A stretch of 64,000 nucleotides of DNA from Candidatus Kaiserbacteria bacterium (GTDB taxonomy: Bacteria > Patescibacteriota > Minisyncoccia > Phycocordibacterales > JABAAK01), in the NCBI GenBank assembly GCA_026713605.1, contig JAPOOC010000007.1:59418-123417 (forward strand), read 5' to 3'. The notes under the pieces were generated by a model. That model was not told where the DNA came from, did no database searches, and was given only the letters and a program-made list of their open reading frames with translations. Shown here one piece after another: positions 61,168-64,000 of this stretch. Each line of letters begins with the position of its first letter. Positions within the stretch are counted from its first letter, which is position 1. The translations under genes and the position numbers were made by a program.

Positions 61168-61383
61168 TCATAGCATCTTCAATATCCTCGCCCAAGCAGG
61201 ATAACCCTTCATTTTGCAGAAGTCACCGAGTTTTGTTTCAAAAGGTATATCCATGGCAATCCCGTATTTTTTTGCAATAACACCAACTTTCGTATCATAA
61301 TTGTACACCTCCTTCACCAAGCTCTTTTTTCTTGCTCCACTCGCACCAGTTTTTTTTACTATTTGCGCTACCTTCTTTTTCAT
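61168..61383 (-). CDS. Small basic hypothetical protein
   Basis: 71-aa ORF from the ATG at 61383, with TG-G-TATACT just upstream. Confidence 0.55.
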   Translation of the reverse strand: MKKKVAQIVKKTGASGARKKSLVKEVYNYDTKVGVIAKKYGIAMDIPFETKLGDFCKMKGYPAWARILKML

Positions 61384-61454
61384 GTCAAAAGTATACCACA
61401 CATCAAATCTTTCAAGAGATTTCTATACAATGCGTGTGGTACAATACCGATATT

Positions 61455-64000
61455 ATGATTGAAAAAAAGGGTGAAAATCGGGAGACGGTCGCTAGTCGGG
61501 AAGAGCGGATGTTACGATTTTGGCGGGAACATGCCATTTTTGAAAAAAGTGAGGGAAGAGAGAAAAAAACTTTGTTACAGCGAGTGGTGCAGAGCATAGT
61601 GCCAAAAAGGAAATTTATATTCTACGACGGCCCACCATTTGCAACCGGACTGCCACATTTCGGCAATATTTTGGCAAGTATTGTGAAAGATGCAGTGCCA
61701 CGGTACAAGACCATGCGGGGATATCAGGTGCGTCGCCGATGGGGGTGGGATTGCCATGGGTTACCACTTGAGGTGGAGATGGAAAAAAAAATCGGCACCA
61801 AAACAAAGCGAGATATTGAGGAGTATGGCATAGAACAATTCAACCGTGGTATCCGAGACACCATTTTCACCTATGCGGATGAGTGGAAAAAAATTATTCC
61901 ACGAATTGGTCGGTGGGTGGATATGGATAACGATTATCGCACACTCAACACGGCATACATAGAGTCAGTGTGGTCGGTATTCCGTCGGCTGCATACCCGC
62001 GGGTTCGTGAGTAATGGTTTTAAATCATTGCATCTCTGCCCCCGATGCTCAACCGCCATCTCAAATGCAGAAGTTGCAGATAATTATGAGGCACTGACTG
62101 ATACGGCGGTCTATGTTCTGTTCCCGCTGAAGGATGATTCGAACACACACCTCGTCGCATGGACGACAACACCATGGACGCTATTCGGCAATGTCGCCCT
62201 CGGTGTAGATGAAAAGATGGAATACACCGTCATAGAAAAAGAGGGAAAGAAATACATCCTCCACCAAAGTGCAGCAGACAACATAGACGGCGGCACTGCC
62301 ACAGGAACAAAAAAAGGGTCTGAATTAATCGGGAAAGAGTACCTGCCACCATTTGACTATCTCTACGCCAAAGATGAAGAGTTGGTGAAAGCAAAGTTAT
62401 GGCGAGTGCAAAAAGTATCGTACATTGAGGAGGAGGTCGGCACTGGCATTGTGCACCTCGCCCCGGCATACGGAGCGGAAGATATGGAAACCGCACGGCA
62501 AGAAGGGTTGCCAATTCGACATCACATCACAAAAGATGGCGAGTTTATGCCACAAATAGAAGGGTACGCCGGCTTGCGCCCCAAAGAAGCAGGAAACCCA
62601 AAAACAGTGGATGAAAAAATACTGCAAGATTTACAAAATAAAGAACTATTGCTCCGCAGTGAGCCAATAGAACACACCTATCCGGTGTGCTGGCGCTGTA
62701 AAACACCCCTCCTAAACTACGCTGCGAATTCGTGGTTTGTGCATGCAGAGCAATATAAAAACCGCATGGTAGCAGAAAACAAAAAGGTTAGTTGGGTACC
62801 AAAACACATCCGAGATGGCCGATTTGGCAACTGGCTGAGTGATGCGCGGGAATGGGCAGTATCCCGAGACCGCTTTTGGGGCGCACCGATACCAGCGTGG
62901 AAGGTTGAGAAAACAGGAGAACACATTATTGTCGGATCGTTAGAAGAGATGTTCCAAAAAATGCGACCAAGAAATCAGTACTTGTTTGTACGGCACGGAC
63001 AATCAGTAAGCAATGAGAAAGGTGTGCTGAACTGCAAAAAAGAAGCTGGTGACGGACTGACCGAAAAAGGAAAAGAGCAGGCGGCAGAAACCGCACGAAA
63101 ATTAAAAGATAAAAAACCAACAGTGATTTTTTACTCACCCCTGACTCGTACACGAGAAACAGCAGAATACATCGCAAAAGAAACCGGCGCAAAAATGATT
63201 GAGGAGCCACTACTGACTGAATTACAGGTGCCGAGTATGCACAATCGACCAGTGCGTGAGTTATGGAAAGAGATTCGTGAAGCCGGCGCATTCCGTGATC
63301 TCAGTAGAAACATAGACGGCGGTGAATCATTTGTAGAGGTGTATGAGCGGATACTACAATTTTTTGAAAAGGTGGATCAACAGTATAAAGACACAAACAT
63401 TGTGGTGGTCACACACCGTGCAGTTATCAATATGGCACGCTCAATCGCGCCGACACACGACCTGTTCAAGAAGCGCTACAAGAAGAACACTATACTCAAG
63501 TCAACCAACAATGCAAGCATGCACACTATTCGTTACACACATATACAACGCGATGAAAACAAAGAAGTTGACCTGCACCGACCATATATTGACGAAGTGG
63601 TGCTGTATGACACGGACGGAAACCCAGCATATCACACCAAGGAGGTGTTTGACTGCTGGTTTGAATCAGGTGCAATGCCATACGGGTCACATCACTACCC
63701 GTTTGAGAATACATGGTCATTCAACCCAACCTTGCGACGCGGCTTCCCAGCGCATTTCATTTGTGAAGGGTTAGATCAAACTCGCGGGTGGTTTTACAGT
63801 TTGATGGCAATCGGTGTAGGGGCATTTGATCAAGCACCATACCGCAAAGTAATAGTAACCGGCTTAATTCGCGCTGCAGACGGAAAGAAGATGAGCAAAA
63901 GTTTGCAGAACTATACTGACCCGATGAAACTCATTGAACAATACGGAGCAGATGCACTACGGCACTATCTCCTCGGTTCGCCAGTAGTGCGCGGAGAAGA
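61455..64000 (+). CDS. ileS: Isoleucyl-tRNA synthetase (type 2) with an inserted histidine-phosphatase domain; runs off the window end
   Basis: Manual translation: FYDGPPFATGLPHFGN, GWDCHGLP, WTTTPWT, SRDRFWG, DLHRPYID, DCWFESG, EGLDQTRGWF, KMSKS at 63888; absent from the ORF track because the stop lies outside the window. Confidence 0.95.
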   Translation, partial: MIEKKGENRETVASREERMLRFWREHAIFEKSEGREKKTLLQRVVQSIVPKRKFIFYDGPPFATGLPHFGNILASIVKDAVPRYKTMRGYQVRRRWGWDCHGLPLEVEMEKKIGTKTKRDIEEYGIEQFNRGIRDTIFTYADEWKKIIPRIGRWVDMDNDYRTLNTAYIESVWSVFRRLHTRGFVSNGFKSLHLCPRCSTAISNAEVADNYEALTDTAVYVLFPLKDDSNTHLVAWTTTPWTLFGNVALGVDEKMEYTVIEKEGKKYILHQSAADNIDGGTATGTKKGSELIGKEYLPPFDYLYAKDEELVKAKLWRVQKVSYIEEEVGTGIVHLAPAYGAEDMETARQEGLPIRHHITKDGEFMPQIEGYAGLRPKEAGNPKTVDEKILQDLQNKELLLRSEPIEHTYPVCWRCKTPLLNYAANSWFVHAEQYKNRMVAENKKVSWVPKHIRDGRFGNWLSDAREWAVSRDRFWGAPIPAWKVEKTGEHIIVGSLEEMFQKMRPRNQYLFVRHGQSVSNEKGVLNCKKEAGDGLTEKGKEQAAETARKLKDKKPTVIFYSPLTRTRETAEYIAKETGAKMIEEPLLTELQVPSMHNRPVRELWKEIREAGAFRDLSRNIDGGESFVEVYERILQFFEKVDQQYKDTNIVVVTHRAVINMARSIAPTHDLFKKRYKKNTILKSTNNASMHTIRYTHIQRDENKEVDLHRPYIDEVVLYDTDGNPAYHTKEVFDCWFESGAMPYGSHHYPFENTWSFNPTLRRGFPAHFICEGLDQTRGWFYSLMAIGVGAFDQAPYRKVIVTGLIRAADGKKMSKSLQNYTDPMKLIEQYGADALRHYLLGSPVVRGE

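Overview
64 kb of a small-genome bacterial chromosome (genetic code 11, TGA used as stop). Gene content and style suggest Patescibacteria/CPR, probably Parcubacteria-like; this is an inference. The backbone is housekeeping: pilB/gspE, ruvB-yebC-ruvC, class A PBP, dnaK-dnaJ, two tandem RNase J genes, secG, rpoD, Pif1 helicase, ftsA-ftsZ, ybeY, rpsU, lepB, pth, rpsA, gyrA, infB-rbfA, clpB, rpmG, rsmI, a VirD4-like ATPase, a partial ileS, five VirB2/TrbC-like pilins and six tRNAs. A low-GC restriction-modification pair and about nine GC-richer, mostly exported orphan genes are interspersed. The most unusual signals are at the RNA level. (1) Two different, divergently oriented tRNA-Leu genes are each followed by a tandem array (127-bp and 125-bp periods) of tRNA 3' portions joined by a linker of shared design, which carries an antisense copy of that tRNA's own D-arm and a common CAATCAGAGATTG..GGCACG motif. 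(2) A consensus-perfect type III hammerhead ribozyme lies at 43981-44034 between two orphan genes. (3) Two candidate large structured ncRNAs lie at about 17770-18390 (+) and about 38354-38735 (-). (4) Expression signals fall into two classes: leaderless-looking core genes versus orphan genes with -35/-10 promoters, hairpin+SD leaders and terminators. Protein-level oddities include a catalytically dead RNase J paralogue, an IleRS with an inserted histidine-phosphatase domain and a degenerate HisRS paralogue. All calls come from reading the sequence by eye; no searches were run.
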